NCBI GenBank assembly: GCA_963924565.1
Contig: OZ004607.1
Coordinates: 31,186,001-31,250,000, forward strand
Source: Ascidiella aspersa
Lineage: Eukaryota
DNA: 64,000 nucleotides
Reading direction: 5' to 3'
The position numbers and the translations under genes are program-made. Below are positions 23,754 to 37,582 of the stretch, in pieces (within the stretch, counting starts at the first letter, position 1; every line of letters starts with the position of its first letter). Below the pieces are notes generated by a model. It ran no database searches. It was not told the DNA's origin and was given only the letters and a program-made list of their open reading frames with translations.

Positions 23754-26700
23754 TAATATACTATGCCTGGTAGCAACAGCATATTTAAAGTGTATATTGA
23801 TAAGACTTATGTCACTTAAATGTTTGATTGATGGCCAACCTAGCTGTTTGATTGTGATCAACCTAGCCCGATTGGGTGATGGGAAGGTAAGGGTCGAAAG
23901 TATGTTTGTTTATTCCTAGGCCAATAGAATGACGTGCAACTGGTGTAACGAACAAATCATGTATGACCTATTGACACATTTAAGAGGTTACGTGACTTTA
24001 TATTTTGCCAGATATTGTAGGGCCTATTCTTAACTATCAGTGAGACCTTAAACAACGACATAAAGATCACATGTTAAACCTTTTATATCAGGTACAGACT
24101 TCTGTCCCGTTCCCCACACAATGTATACAACATGAAGGTGAATGGTTAGTTACTCACGCATCAACTAAAAATATCCCCATTTTTATTCGCGTGGGTGTGA
24201 AACTGTGTGGGAACGTTCATCGATTGATTGTCTAAACATGGAAAGTCATTCATTGCGATATTGATTTTACCGAACATACTTTCCACAAAGTCTGGCTTTA
24301 TAAGTTGATGAACTGATTGTCTGACAGCAGACAAATATACCAACAAATTGTTCTGTTTAGGTCTATTTTTGTGACAAAGACTGCATCCTAAATGTCGCCT
24401 TTGGCACCCCAATTTAGTCGATTTCTATTGTTTTGCCAACGAACGCATGACCAACGAATTGCTTGATGCCTCCGCTTTTACTTTCTCATTTAAAACAGTG
24501 ATATATTAAAATGGTTTGTAAAATGTTTAAAATGTCATCGATTTTTGAATGACATCACTTTTAGCAACTCATTCGAAACATGTTTTTAGCAACGAATCCC
24601 CAGTGCGTTTTATATTGTGGGTAAGGCTATCATGCAGGATTTTTTTGATGTTTGGATCGAGCGAAAATCAAACTAACAGACGCATTACCCTGAAGTTGTG
24701 TGCGATCTACCCAACACACCTTTCCCGATTGGAAAACTCGCCGTGGGAATGTTTCCAGTCGCCGTGTAAACAAACCCCGAAATACGCCCACTTCCGTAAA
24801 TAAAAATAGTCCATGTTTACGTATTGCCTGGCACGCTGGCTTGGCCATAACTCCTATACGTCACGCGCGCCCGCGGACGCCTTGTTACGTCACAGTGAGC
24901 CGATTTCGTGAGAGCGCCGGGCGCGTGAGAACCATCCCGATGCTGGAAGAGGCTTTGGGTTACATGGGCTCTTGTTATCTTGGAAGAGCCAACAATAATG
25001 TTTATATAAGAGACAATGCGACGGGCGGTAAAGGGATAAAAGATTTCGCTTCGCCCCCTCCTCGCTGTAACCCGACCCCGGGCCCGCGGCACCCGGCCAG
25101 CACTACTTTGGGCCGGTCTGGCTTGCGGAGAAAGCTACAGTACTGCTCGCCTAATTTATAAGTAATTTATATAAAACTAATTTATAAGCGTCTTGTATGC
25201 TTTAACCCTTTGGGAATATCCCATTAGGCTGGTTTAAAACTGCCAGGACATGCTTCCAGCTATAATTAACTGCTAACAATGTAACTGTAAAGATAGCGAA
25301 ACCGCTAGCTTAAGGAAATCGCCTTTTCTAGCCAATTCTAGGGTGCCGGCCTTTGTAATAGTGGCCGTTCGCGTCTGGGCGATTTGCAATAGCGACAGAC
25401 ACAAACCCCTTTTTTCCGCTTCGCAACCGATGCCTCCCAAATTAGCGGCGACAAATTTTTCTGTTTCGGTTTGACCCTACCGCTGCGGATTTTCGCTTTA
25501 CGCCGGCAAGGGCAAATTAAATGAAAAGTAAACGTACATGGTTCAGTGTAGTAGTCGGGAAACATGTTTCTGGACAATTATTAAACATTAAATTAGGATT
25601 TGTCTCCTTATGCCACATGATTTCGCGTGATTATTAAAAAAAAGAATCAAAACAAAAAATCGACGACATTACGAAAATGTGTTTTAATTTTAAAATCTTT
25701 GTTACAAAAATATTTTTATTTTATTAAGAAACATCTTTGCAGTGCCTTAAATGTTTGAGTCCTTTTGTATAATTTTAATACAGCAACCATAGAGCAGTCT
25801 CGTAGCATTCCGTATCACAAATGTTTGTCCAATGGGTCTAAAATCTAATTTTTATTTTTCAATCATATCTTTATTTCACTTGCACACTGTTTGTGTACAC
25901 CACTTATTTGAAACAAAATGTACCGTTAGCTGTTGCGGCTTTCTTTGTAACATCGGATTCCTTCGTAATTTAAAAACAATATGCTTGGTTCTGGGAGAAA
26001 AAAAATTGTTGCGAAATTAAGGCTAGACTTTTTCTTGATCCACAAATAGCTGTATCTTGTTCACAGGCAGTGAACCAGTATGAACAATTTTAAATGTGCT
26101 TACGTTAAGTTGTCGTAATCAATTGTTCTATCCCAGCCACCCAATCACGGACATTTTAACGGATTTTTCAGGTGAGTAAAGCTCTTTCCCGCATCGCATT
26201 GGTTACGTTTCAAGTCTGGTAAAGTATAGGTTTGGGGCAAGGCAAAACGCGTCCCCCGTTTATCGAACGCTTGGGGCAAACACAGATCCCTGGCTATAAC
26301 GTAGGGCCTACCCTTCGGATATTTTTACCGGGCCTGATGACATCTACGGTATTTTGGTCGCGAAATCGTCCGGGAATTCTTCGCACCTGCCGGGCGTGAT
26401 GATTCCGCCAGCCGATTGTTTTCCGGCCATTGTCTCAAGCGCCCGCGCTAAACCAACACCAATTGTCTTCTTGGGGTGAAAGGCTATATCCACTCGCGGG
26501 CTGTTGTTGCGGGCAAGTGTCGGGCCGCCGCCGATCAAAGCAGTCATGTGTGATTAGGTTGTAAGTTTACCTTAGCGCCGCATCGTTCACACGTCGGCTT
26601 CGCAGAAAACAAGCCCCACTGGCTTTAGTGCGCCTGTGAGAATGCCCCGCCGCGCGCTAGGACAGCCCTGGATCGGATGGCAGCACCTTTCATAGCGGCC

Positions 26701-29700
26701 TATTGTGGGGCGCGGATTCTCAAGGGTCTGGACTACACGGCAAACTGTCACTGGCCATGCTGTGACGAAACAATCATGCGCGCGCGCGCCTTTCGTTGTC
26801 TGAGAGCCAATCGACAAGAAAGAGCCAACAGCATCCCGTTGTCGGCCCCGGAAAAACAATGGCCACCCACTCATGCCGTTTGCCCCCGACCGCCGCTCGG
26901 CCAAATATCGGTTCGTTCACGCTGAGGAACATTCCCACAACAAAGCGATTAGCCGAAGCAGCGTCGCTGGCCGATTCCCGGTTTCCTATGCTTCCGCGCG
27001 GATCCTTGCCCGGCGCTTGTTCGCCTCTTTCCCGCGGTCATCGCTTTCAAGCCAACAAAACTGCGCCGCCCGACCCCCGACCTTGAGTACCCTTCGGTCG
27101 ACCTTGATCCCACGTGGCTGTACGCGGTAACGGCGAGAGTTTGTCTGTTGCTAGATTTTGAACAAAGCTTCGCTGTGTTTTTTTGAAAATGTTAAATATG
27201 TGCTTAATCAGCGAGTTTTTTATTATATCGGTGTGGAAAACGTACTTTTCAATTTCGCCATCAGGTTTAAAAGTGTGTGGACTATTTCAGACAGACACTA
27301 ACTTTTGTTTGGCAATTTTATAACCTGTGGGATAAAGCACTATATTCAAAATTATAACCTATATAGTAGAGGTTTTTCTTGGTTTAAAATAAATGTTGGC
27401 TATAGAATATAAAATTTTATACGGATTTTTAGCATTGTTTTATTTGAAATAAATATAGTTAAATCTTGAAACCACTTACTTGAATTGGTTTCTTCTTTTC
27501 TAAAGCCACTTTGGTATTTTGTATTCAATGTTTTTAATATATTTTATCAATTTGTCAGACTACAAATTACGATTAAAAAACAAGTGTACGAATTGTTTTT
27601 ATCCAAACGATAAATATTAAATAGAATCGAAGTAGTATACGTGTCGCAATGATAAGCAAATAACCTATAGTTGCATTTTTTCTGATATCATTTCCCCTAC
27701 ATTTGTTTGATTTAGGGAATACTGTGGAACTGTCTGGAAGAAAAGGTCACTAACTGTTTCCCATGGTTATTACTTCATGATATGTCTACAAAAGTGAAAT
27801 ACAACCGAACTTTACACCGTTTCTAACGACGTCTGAACGGTCACCGCCTTTTATTTGCCTAAAAAAATCGTTATTCTTAGACAGTCCTATCGTTTTTAAA
27901 TTAGAATAAAGGCAAGTTCATTCAAGGTTTTACCAAGTATGCAGGAAACAAAAACAGGACAGTTAAAGTCAATAGACTGTTTGCTGTAATCAAGAATTCA
28001 TAGTACATAGGCCGACCAGACACTCCAAGAGTAGTAAAAGTTACTCTGAGAATAAAAAAACTGGTGTACAATTCGCGTACAAGGGCTTTATCTACGTCAA
28101 GGCAGCTTCACGTAGCGCCGGCAAATATAAGCGTCATTGCCCTGTCTCTGAAACAACAATGAATGAGATTCGCTGATGATTCCCTATCAGACTTCACTGG
28201 CAACGCCAGGCAAACAAAAGGCCCCAGCTTGCATCGCGTAACCAATATCATTCAAGCAGCCCCCATCAACCCTTGACCCATTATGCCCCACTTCCGACCC
28301 AACAAAGGAAGGCGGGCCCCAGGGGTGACATCTGAACCCCGGCGCGTGTCCCGACCCTTGTGTGGCTCACCCTTAGCTAATAAATTGGGGGGCAATGCCC
28401 CTGCTAAAATAAAGTTTGCGTGTCCTAACTTAAAATAATAATTATTGACAACACTGCATCTTTAGCCATGTCTTCGGTTACGAAATGCGGTTTTAATGTC
28501 TCTGTGAGATGGCGTAAAAAAGGGCCTCGGTTAAATTTTGTGGAGGGAGAGTCTTGGCCCCACCTAACCCCTTTCACCCCTAGCCCCCGACACAATTGGC
28601 CGCTGTGGGTTTCGAAGCCTCAAACTCGTGGGATTTGGCGCCGGCGGTTTGCAAGCGGAGTAGGCGGTTTTACTTAATTCCGTTCATCTTTTTAAGGACT
28701 TAGGCGACGGTTTAAGTTCGAATGGCGACTGCAAGCACCATTGTTTAGCGTCGCGAAGCCCTTTCACGGGCATCGATGCGTTTGTCGCGACGTTTTCATG
28801 CATTTTTGTTTGTTGCATTGCAATCAAAGCTGGCGTGGTGGTTCGGGGACGGAAACCGCTCGGCGGAATTCAATCATTTTCGGACAAATCCGCTTCCTTT
28901 CGTGGTCAGGGAAAGCGAAGAGAGGAAAAGAGTTATTTCATGACCGTAAGCCGGATGTACGGGCCCACTCTATAATCGTGGGATTCTCACTTTATGTGGA
29001 AAAGAGTTTGCCATTGAAGCTGTCAGATCCTTCTCTTGATATACTGAGAAAAATTGCTTAACTTTTGCATCCTTAAAACACTAATGTCATAAGAAGAACG
29101 GTGTTTCAAGAAAAAAAAATTATACCTGTTTTGTTTTTTGTCAAAAGTAGAATACGTCAAAATGCTGTTCAATCTAAACCGCCTTGCTTTCTATGACATT
29201 AGTGTATTAAAGATGCAAATTATGTACAGGGGATGATTTGTCCCGAATCTCCTAATCGCCTGGCTCATTAATTTATTTTTTACGTCCTCTTTGAAGGGTG
29301 GAAATCAGGCATGTTACATCATGTGCACGTCGGCGAATATGCTAATAACTAACATCTCGCTCAACGTCAACGTTTTGTAGGCCAACACGTAAAGTTATTT
29401 ACTATACGCAGTACCTCGATTACCATCCTTGCAATTATCCCCTATAAATAGTCGAACTCGTATCAAAACTGTTGCGCTTCACACTTGCGTCAAGCCGATG
29501 CGTTCTGGAGGTCAGCGCGGCCCGGTTTCCACGAATGGCGGATATTGGTGGCGCAGAAAGGCGGTAATAAGCTTGCGGTGCGATGATACCCGCCTCCCAA
29601 ATTGATCACTATACTTGGCCGGCTGCGAAACGTGCGCCTGCAAAATTATACTTTCCGGCGACGCCTATACAGCACTGTATACGTGGCTTCACTGGACCGC

Positions 29701-30651
29701 TGATTCAAAACCGTTATTTACAAGAGATTACGCTGGGGTGGTGCTTGTTCCGGCTCTTGGGGTTGGCGGACGGCGAATTGCGGTGCGTAAACTTGCTTGA
29801 AACGGCGTTATTTTCGGCTTTTTAAGACGAGAAACGCGCGTGTTACTATCAAAAGCCTATTATTTCAGGTGAGCAGTCGATGTAATGACATGCCGGATTA
29901 TGGTGCAGGTGCTAGAAGCCTTCTCCAGCTGGCTTCATCAACCCTATCTTTGGCTGACATTTAACGCCTGACTCTATTCATTTTTTTTTGTAAAATATGA
30001 CAAACAATTTGTAAATAAATTGCCCGAAAGTTCATGAAACATTAAGCCGACGTATCGTGAAGGTATGGGCTGATTGTCTCTGCTATAGTGGCTAGACTGG
30101 ATATGAGCTATATACGTGGGAAACTTAGGCGTGTTTACAATTGCATTAGCGGCTTTGTGCGCGTCGGCATAACACCTGTTCGGGAATTTACCGTTTACAG
30201 TTGACGAACATTGGTCATACTGCGAATGATTTACACCTGAAAAGAGAAAGGCCTTTACAGTGTCGGCAAAACTGAAGCCCTTTTGTTGTATTGGTCATTC
30301 GTTGGGAATCCGTTTTGGTTCGTTTCTACGGAGATCTTTAGACGTAAGTCCGTGGCTTATAAGTTATCTTTTCCACTCGCATCTCGCGCTGTGGTTGCAT
30401 CGATCATTTTAAGTGCCCTTGCTGATCAATCTTGGCCGTCGGAAAGAAGCCACCAGCCATTTGTCAGGTATCAGTGTGGGCAACATTACAGACAGACTAA
30501 TATATCCAGTTCCTGGCGAGGAGGAATTTTCTCGACCTTAGTAAACATGGAAGTTTAATGTTTTCCTGTCTGTAGCCGAACTTTGCCGAAAATAGGTTTT
30601 TGACAGTTCAGAAAGTCAAATGTCAATTTTAACTTGTATATGATATGATAA

Positions 30652-30804
30652 AACATTTTGGCACCTTACCTAATCATGTATATTAAAAACATAAGAAAAC
30701 AATATTGTGTTCCACTTGGAATATTTCTGTCACTATACTATAGGAACACAATATTGTTTTCTTATGTTTACAATATACATGATTAGGTAGGACGCCAAAA
30801 TGTT
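30652..30804. repeat. Long inverted repeat: 62-bp arms, 29-nt spacer
   Basis: 30652-30713 versus the reverse complement of 30743-30804: 57/62 identical with no gaps. Confidence 0.92.
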
Positions 30805-33800
30805 AAAAACGTCATTTGAGTTCTCATTAACTCCTTTATTGTCGTCTATCTCACAAAGCGCCAACAATTACCCCCGTATCCGAAAAGAACAATGCTCCGG
30901 AAAAGTCAAAATAACCAGCTGGAAAAAATTCAGCTGACCGAAGTCTAAGGTTACTCCATCACGGATTTATTCAGCTGTCCAGTCGCACAAACTTACAACA
31001 GGGGAAGCTCATTGTCTTCAAAGCGGTCTTCTGAAAAAACGCTATTTTAGCGCATTTCACTGAAATTTTAAAGCAACACCCTATTTAAAAAACACTTTGA
31101 TAAATATATAACTAACAACGCTGTTATCGACATACTATAGTGCAAATGTGACAAATAACCGAACAAATCGATTGTGCAATTCCATATTGTTTGTTTTCAG
31201 TAAATGTATGTTATGTCGTTTTTAAAGGGCCGTTTAACCGTTCTTAACATTAGGGTAACAATAACTTAAGTCTGCGACACCATGCTTTTGATGAATCTAA
31301 AATAAAGAGAAGCAAGCCGCCCATAAGCCAGACAGACAAAATTGCGTAAAGATTTTTCGGGACAAAAACACATCACTGCGACTTCCCGACAGCCCTAACC
31401 GCCCTCGGAAAGTCTCCCAGGAATATCGCTGAGAAACGGCAGCCTGGGTGTGCACAGCTTCCACAAACAATAAGCTCGATAAACACGCGGAACCACCCAC
31501 CTTAAGACTCCCATTCTACGCGAGACATCGGACCATCCAAATCACGTGATACATCTTCCTTACTGTCCAGGGATGCGGAAGCGTTGGAGAGATGGGATCG
31601 CCTTATCGCGCTGGCTCGGTAAACACGCTGGCGCTTGGCATACTGTGAGGCTCAATGACGCTTGAAAGTCCTATACTATATATAATGTCCATATACCATT
31701 GGTGGGTATTAGGCCTCTTGGTTGGCCTTGTTTGGTTGTTTCAGAAGGGGTAGCATTTGTATGAAATATATACAAACCGTGGATTGAACAGTGTTTCAAC
31801 AATTGCAGAGGTCGAATAATGTTGGCTTTTCATGCAACCATTTAGAAAGAAATTTTGCCAACATGAAGATATGATGACATTACACTGAGCTATACTTTAG
31901 TGCAAAAACTTCTCACTGGCTGAAAATCGTACCTTATGTTTAGCATTTTAACACGATTTGACATTTTTTGTTTACCCAAACTGTTTGTACAGAAAAACTT
32001 ATTTTGGTTCGAACCCTTTCCGGAATGTAATGCATGCGAGTCGGGGAACCGACTATAGTGGCAAAACAGATTTAAAAATAGACAAACACTGCCCGCACTT
32101 TGTCCACCTGCGACGAAGTTACACAGGTGAGGAAAACTACGTGATCGATGATGACGTAGTCTACCCCAGAGCCGAAGAACTGACGGCCACCCGCGAATTT
32201 AAGCTGAAAGCGAAGGACGTGTTGCAACTACCGGCAAATCGGTACGCGTTAATGCTGAAGGGTCATCCCTTCCTCTTTGGGTTATGTGTTTTTCTTGTTT
32301 AACCTACGTTGGAGGTTTTAAACAAGCGGTGTGTAAACCATATGAGGCCCATCACAACCCAATCCCTCCTACAGCGGTCAAAACAAATCTACATTTTAAA
32401 GTGCAAACCATTTCAACCAAGAAGATGTCCGTGGGTTTGTCTGAGATGAAGCTGTGTGGGAAGGGCGGTGAAAAGGGTATTTCCATCTGAGATAAACCAT
32501 GTGGCAAAAAATGTTTTTTTTTTTAATTAAGACAATCGTTTCAAACGAGATTTTAGGGCATTTATATCTTGCGGCAAATTCAATAGTTCAATAAGACTGC
32601 TTCTGGGTCAGGGTTGCAAATAATTTAACGTTGTGCAATCACCAGTAAGCATAAACACACTTCGGGACTGCAAGAGATTAGCCTGAAATGTATGGAATCC
32701 GTAGGGGGTATTAGTGACGTCTTAAGAGTGGCCATATAAATGTTGTCTTTTGTTATGTAACGCTGAATGATCCTTGCTGGGAACTGTGCTTGTTATTAAG
32801 ATGCTTTACATATTTTTTTTCTCACCAAAGGATTGTAGCACATAAATGTACTAGTTGTTGCAAAAACAGGTGATTTTCAATACGACGCGTTAAACCATTA
32901 GGGCACTATTTGTTTATTCATATATTTATTAATAATTTAAGCTACATTTTATGACGGGCATTTTTGTCATAATTTCCAGGATAGAAGTATTATTGAAACG
33001 TGATGGAACAAACTTAATAGTGAGTAAAATCTTGAAAGTAGCGGCATTAATATAATAAATTGAATCGCTTGTTTGGATCTACTGATTTTAATGATTAACC
33101 CTATCAGCAACAATATGCATATAAGCTCGCTGATGCCTCACCCTTCATCATTGTAAAACAAAGCTTAAGCCCTTGTCATGTACATGGTGGTTATTGACTT
33201 TCAAGGCGCCTTTTTGAGGTTACTTACCGGTGGCAGGGGCATTCGAGCAATAGCATCGCAGACCACACGTGTTCGCATGTCACTTGTCGTAAGGCTGTCA
33301 CGCAAACCTGCTGCTTGGAGCGGTGGGCGCTGGCTGGAGTGTACCCACTTGACTTCTTATACCCCGTGATACACACAACATTACGCCTGGCGCTTAGTTT
33401 TTTGCTAAAACCGAGCCGGCATGAAATGCGAATGCTGCCGCGCAGAAAAACACCCAAATTTGGCGCCATTCGTATTACATGTTTCGGTAAAGTGCTAGTA
33501 AGTAATAGAGGTTATCGTGGACTTTGGCCAACTCCTCAAGTCAAAACCGAAAACTTTTTAAACTTGTTTGCAGACCGGGGATAGTCCAATTCTCGACTGG
33601 AGTCAAAATATCATACTAGTACAAAAAACAACTATTTGTAAGGAAAATATGACCTTGGTATTTGTTATATCTTGCAAGTATATGCAACACTAAAGTTCAG
33701 AGAAACTCAAACAAGCATTGAAAGGAATAAAAAAACGCCGTTGCTGTGTGTCGTCGTTTTTAATATTAGGCCACTGAAGTGCTGCAAATCCTTTGCTCGA

Positions 33801-36009
33801 GTGTAGGCTTAAAACCGGGGAAAAATTCACTCTTCACCCAAAATACCCCTATTTTCATTCAGCCACAGGTGCCCCAACTGGCCTAACCCACTCTTTGTCT
33901 TGGCACCGGAAATTCCTAAACATTCCAAGATAGACAACATCTCCTGTGCGTACGCAATTGCCTGGACGTAATGTACAGTGTTGTTTGGAACGATGGAGTT
34001 TACCAATCAGTTTGTTTTTGTTGATCAGTAGGCCTACGTGCTGTTTAGCCCTGTGTTTTCTATTCTGTTTATTAATGAAAGTTTACAATTTGAGAAATTC
34101 ATGCAAAATGTATGCCAATGTTATATTAAAGAATCAAGTTATACAAAAAAGCTGCACGCCCAATTAAAATATAAACCGGTTTTAGTTTTCCTTTTAATGA
34201 TTTGCTCACTTGTACAGCTGCCTTGTTCACATTTTATAGCAAGAGGATTACCCCTTTTGACCTTGGGGAGAAAATCCTTTGCCGGGGTCGCTTGGACAGT
34301 GACCCTCTTCCCGAAATCCGACACTTTATTTACTTCCCTGGCCTATTACTGAGCATACGGAGTCAAGTTGTGCGTGCAAATCCACTACCGGTCAATAACT
34401 GCACCTTGCGTTACGCACGTCTGTGACGTAACAATTCCGCACAATGGCAGCAGGAGAATACCTTGAAGGGCGATGATTGCTTGAAAAGACAATCAAAGGC
34501 TGGCAACTTGATAGCTGGGAGTTTACAAGGTCAAATCGAGAGACAGTTGGGGCGTTAAGCCTCGTTCGTTTTACAAATAGCCTTCGGTTGGTCTTTTTTT
34601 GTTGCTGATACACTGGATAATGGATTAAGGCAGATAAGCCGAAGACATGTTGGTTACTTGTGCAAACAAAAATTCGGTAAGACATAACTAGTTGCAGATT
34701 GTTAAGCTTCCATCTGTCGGATTTTTGGAACAGATTCAGGGCATGAATTGTGCTTTGTATTTTGAACTACATAATGATTTTTTATGCATACTGTACAGTT
34801 TAAGGCCGCTAAAGGCTATTACATTTCGTGGAATATTTCTAAAAGGTTATGTTAGTTGTAACAAAATATTTTTTATGACCTTGAAAAAAAATTAAGATCG
34901 CCTTGTTTAATTATTTGGGTAATATTTAAAATGACAAAATATACTACTTTGAACTGTAACATATGAATGATCTACAAAAGTATATACTGTATAAATTAAT
35001 TTAAATTCTTATCGAAAAAGTTTTTTAATTAATTTATTGAGTAATCGTTAAATTTTTTTCTTTGGACAATCGCTTTAGCTCCTTTTCATTACTCGACAAG
35101 ATTACAAAGAGCTAATTACCGTTTATAAGTTATGATGTGTGGCTTTATGTATACAATGACATTTTGCTTACAAAAAGGTGTCAGGAGAATGTAATTTCGT
35201 GCTAAGGAAAAACACTAAAACTCTGACGTATGACTTGCTATCGTGTTAAGATTTACACGCGGTAACCAAATAATTCGCTTTAATTGCTACATAAGAGTGT
35301 TGTTAATTCCTAAGGCTGTTTATGAATGTCGTCAGCTAGTTAAGGGTGGGGCTTCCCATTTACGCGTGACAGCAATAGGAAAAGGATAGGCCACTGAAGT
35401 TGCACCGAAAAATTGCGATGATGCTATAACTAAAAATGGCGCCGGCCTTGAAAACTGATTAGACGGGTCTTGTGGACCATACAAAAACGTGACGTTTCAA
35501 CAATGCAAGGTAAATTAAAAATTAGGAAAATGTAAACGCGCCATTCAAGATCATAACGTGCCTGACAGGAATAACCACTATAGCTAGCCAATATCGGGAC
35601 ATTGTCGTTTTGCAATTCGACGCTAGGAATCAATTCAAAAGCCTCAGATCATCGCAATTTCATTAGCAAAGCAATCTCGTTGCTTATTGTTTGACTTAAT
35701 CCCCTGTCTGTTACAAATAATTGCAAAATACGCCTACCACAATAAGATTTGTTTGGCATTTTTTAGGTTTAATTTTCTCTTATCCGAAACGAATCGTTAT
35801 TACGGTATTTGTTTTAACATATACCCTTTTTTACATATAAATAAAGTTATAGCATAATTATTTGTTTGATCACCACTTGTAGAGATTCCTTGTATTTTCG
35901 TGGTTCTTGGTGTTTTTCGTAAAATAATAGCCTTACTCAATTATTATTTTCACTTTACTGACAAAGTATTCCCTTTTCAACCTGTCCAACAACTGAAATC
36001 AGTCCAGTC

Positions 36010-37582
36010 TTAACTCGTGAAACTTTTAAAGCATTTATTTGCTGTACACATACATAAATAAAAAGGAAATTATAAAGAAAAGGAAAACACAATTAGAAGC
36101 TGTAAGTTCGTTACGAAATAAAAACAACATAACACGGAATCGAAAAAGGGAATATAAAACGTAGATAAAAAAACGAAAAAAGCAACACAACAACAGTCAA
36201 TGAAAAGAAATATTTGAAGTGGAAGGCTTGTTGGCTTGATTCAATGCAATACCAAGAGAACACAACAAATAAATCAGTAGCTAAAGAGGCGCCAAGAGAA
36301 AGCGTCTCTGCGGTTTATAGCGTGAAAGGACCCACGGCGTCTATTTTTAGCGAAATTCGCCGCGGCGCCGAGTTGGGTGAAGATTTTTTTATCATTTGCC
36401 TGTTTAGCGCCGGTTTATGTTGGGAGGGTGGGTGCGGCTGGGGGAGGGGGCGCGTTCCAACGCACCCATACCCCCGCGTTCCAGCCCAAGAGAAAGGACC
36501 CTTGCCGCGTCGCGGGGTAAGGCGGGTAAGCGAACATAGCGGGTGTGCGAAAATATTTATTTTACCCGGTTTTCATGCCAGCTCCAGCGTGCAGTAACGA
36601 TCGGTACGTAATGGCCTTGCGCGGATGGAGCGTGTTAAGAGTGGCCAAACAAGAGGCCGCCTTTCCCGGTCTTCAAAGCGGCGCAGGGCGAAATATGATC
36701 ACGACCAAAAAGCCCAAATGCGACACGTGTCATACGAAGGGTCGCGCCGTTGACGGTCGCCTGACAGATTTCTGTCATGCTTTGCAAATATTTATTATCT
36801 TGTGCCGGGATAATGAAGAGGGAAACTGTTCCAGAATTTATTTCAACCTATGTTTCGACCCTTAATTACCAGTCACTAATACTTGGAATGGAAACTGTAG
36901 CGTTAAGCGGCGTGTTTTGAAATAAAAGTGGACAATGTGTTTCGTTTCCACTGCAAGACCAATAAAAAGACACGATTGTAAAATGTTAGAAAACAGTGAT
37001 TTTTTGACGTTTCAAAAATATTTTGTAAAGTGGCTAAAGGCACGAGTTTTGTAACGCCACAAATGTTATGACTGTTTCGTTTTACCCTTGGCGCATAAAT
37101 AAATAAAAAAAACTCTTATACACTTTGTCGAATCCCGACCGATCACAAATAAGGCAAAAGGGAACTTGCGAACGCGTGAAAAGAAACGCCTTTCCGTTCG
37201 GGCGCCAATTTTTTTGTAGTTTCGAAAATAGTTACCCCATCCTGCTTGGTTGAAAGGCGATAAAAAACAAGCTCCGTTTTTTTTTCGACAAAGAAATACC
37301 CTAAATAAAGATAGTTTGGCAAGAAGAAGAATACTTGAGCGGCACGCGCGCGAAAAAACGAGCGCAATAAACGAGATCGGATTGTGCTGGAACTGAACAT
37401 CGCACGCCTTGCTTTTTTTCGGTGATTTTGTTTGGCTTGCTGTCACCTTTATCGTCGTCTCCGCTCGCTTCCCTCCCTGAGAACCGACCTCTCGGGTTCG
37501 TTACGCGACGACAGTAGCCCTTCGCACCGCTGCGGCTGCGGCTTTTGCGTTTTCTCAACGCGGCGCGTCCGTGGCGCCCTAA
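36010..37582 (-). other. Probable Bmp2/4 3'UTR (about 1.5 kb) with polyadenylation signal AATAAA at 36039-36034
   Basis: U-rich tracts on the minus strand (37080-37440, 36050-36210) end in TGTACAGCAAATAAATGC. Further AATAAA hexamers occur at about 36555, 36790 and 36840, so the true 3' end is uncertain. Confidence 0.5.

Noticed and set aside
26325-26380. CTGATGA…GAAA…GTC hammerhead-like string (also CTGATGAG at about 63560)
   Set aside because: Stems I and II do not base-pair at the core, and the 63560 site lacks the GAAA strand.
31958-32302. 114-aa ORF with a protein-like middle and a possible acceptor near 31992
   Set aside because: No recognisable family, no partner exons and no convincing donor. 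Not supportable without a search.
33767-35400. Exact 14-mer TAGGCCACTGAAGT at about 33767 and 35387
   Set aside because: An isolated 14-bp match without extension is compatible with chance in 64 kb.
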